The notes under the pieces were generated by a model. It saw only the letters and a list, made by a program, of their open reading frames with translations. It had not been told where the DNA came from and did no database searches. This document shows positions 62,548 through 64,000 of a DNA stretch of 64,000 nucleotides, piece after piece; within the stretch, counting starts at the first letter, position 1; every line of letters begins with the position of its first letter. This stretch comes from Isurus oxyrinchus. Lineage: Eukaryota. Position numbers and translations under genes: made by a program. The stretch covers positions 62,001 to 126,000 of the forward strand of contig JANJGN010000151.1 in assembly GCA_026770705.1 (NCBI GenBank), read 5' to 3'.

Positions 62548-64000
62548 CGTGTATAAATAAAAAAAACAGCTCTACCTCTAATTTAAACAACATTTCGAGC
62601 ACTGACCCCTGCTGTAGTTTATTTAAAATTTTGTTTGAAACTCAGTGGTGGATTCTGCCCATCTTTGCGCAAGTAAGGATATATTTAAACAGCCATAACT
62701 TTCAGACTTCGGGTTTGCAAATAGAGAGAAAAGAGATTGTGTCACATCGACTCTGTGCAGCCAGTTACAGAGGACAGAAAGCTCCAGGCGGGTCAAAGCT
62801 CCCAGGGTGAGGTGCAGGGGGAATACTCATTAACAAGAACTTAACACACACAGTGCATGAAAAACTGTCCTTACAATTCTCAATCAGGTTAGAAAAAGAT
62901 GTGGTGCTGAGAGAAGCAAAATAAAAGGGGTTTGAATTGTCCTTCACTCCTTTATCATCGATCCCCACCCTCGATATAGTGAATGGCTTCAGAAATCACA
63001 TCTCATCACATCTTTCCTTCATATTTTCATATCCCTTTCTCCGTCTTCAGGAATATCATCTCAGGTTGTATTCATCCTTTTTTTTAAATATCCATTTCCT
63101 CCTCTTCAGAAATCCGAACTCAGTTGTATCTTTCCTTCATATTTTAACATTCTTTTCACCATCTTCCACACCTTTCACCCACTTGCCTTGCCCAGTGAAT
63201 AGTATCAGATTTTAATCCGTCGATATGACTTTCCGAGGATCATTCAGGAAGAGCTGCTGTTGAAGTAGAAACAGAGATAGACTGCTGACTGTGATTGATG
63301 TACTTTGAAAATACATTGAGAATTCAACTCGGGGTATCCGGCCCCCACCATGGACCTGTCTTAATGCAAGGTAAACATGCAAAATTTTCAATGGCTTCAT
63401 TTGCCAACCCAGTCATCTTAAGCCAGATTAGTCACATAAAGATAACAAGTGAATGTCCCAATTGGATACGTCATACTTCAAGATCGTGGTTAGAATCATA
63501 AAATGATGGAAAGGAAGACCATTCATCCCATCTTATCCGTGCCGACCCTCTGTGAGAGCAGCTAAGCCAGAATCACTGCCTTTCCCCCGTCGCCCTGCAA
63601 ATCGTTCCCGAAATTCCAGCAAGATCAGTTGTCTGGAAAATCTTTTTTATTATCATTGATCAATTCACTTTTTGATGTTTTTATTTTGCAGAGATCGGCT
63701 AATGTGGCAGCCTCCTATCTATTTATTCTCCGGCATCTAACCAGGTGGCTGACATGTTTCTCTCCGACACGTCCGATATTTGGGCTGGTTGCAGTTTGCA
63801 AAGTCAAAAGCGATTGGTGACAATTTAGTTTGGTGGGGTAGTCAGGTCCTTGTGATCTGCCCGAAATCGGCCTTCACCCACTGCGCCTCTGTGTTGAAAT
63901 CTGGGCAGACAAAGTGGATCCACGCCTAACTTTTTAGAGGAAGGTGACTGGTCTGAGCAGTCAGTCAGAAAGTTAATCTTTTAAAGCACTCAGGACTACC

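Noticed and set aside
1-64000. TCR constant exons or conventional J-alpha/J-delta (FGxG) segments
   Set aside because: None seen by eye; the window appears to lie wholly in the V region, so V-alpha versus V-delta usage cannot be assigned.

Overview
Vertebrate genomic DNA, almost certainly from a cartilaginous fish (shark-type): part of the T-cell receptor alpha/delta V-gene array. About 19 V segments or V relics lie in both orientations, most followed by a 22/23-bp-spacer recombination signal sequence (RSS). Two V genes look fully intact (10417-11289 +, 45376-45840 +), one is an open frame lacking Cys23/Trp41 (58731-59232 +), and most of the rest are pseudogenes. The centrepiece is a complete NAR-TCR cassette on the minus strand: leader + IgNAR-like V (32596-32121), a 12/12-RSS D (31757-31739), a 23-RSS J (31365-31319), then a leaderless 'supporting' V-delta (28381-28082). 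The cassette shows signs of decay: a TAG after YYCKA and a CAT-type heptamer on the 5' side of D. Unusual structure includes a four-unit tandem array of 23-RSSs behind the supporting V-delta, 1.3-kb inverted repeats bracketing the NAR V-D-J, and a ~7-kb inverted segmental duplication (~1.9-9.5 kb vs ~35.1-41.7 kb). There are also many CTCF-like motifs, a GPR139-like GPCR pseudogene, a decayed intron-containing tRNA-Arg(TCT), LINE/SINE fragments, minisatellites and four assembly gaps. All analysis was done by eye with no database searches; repeat and relic boundaries are approximate.
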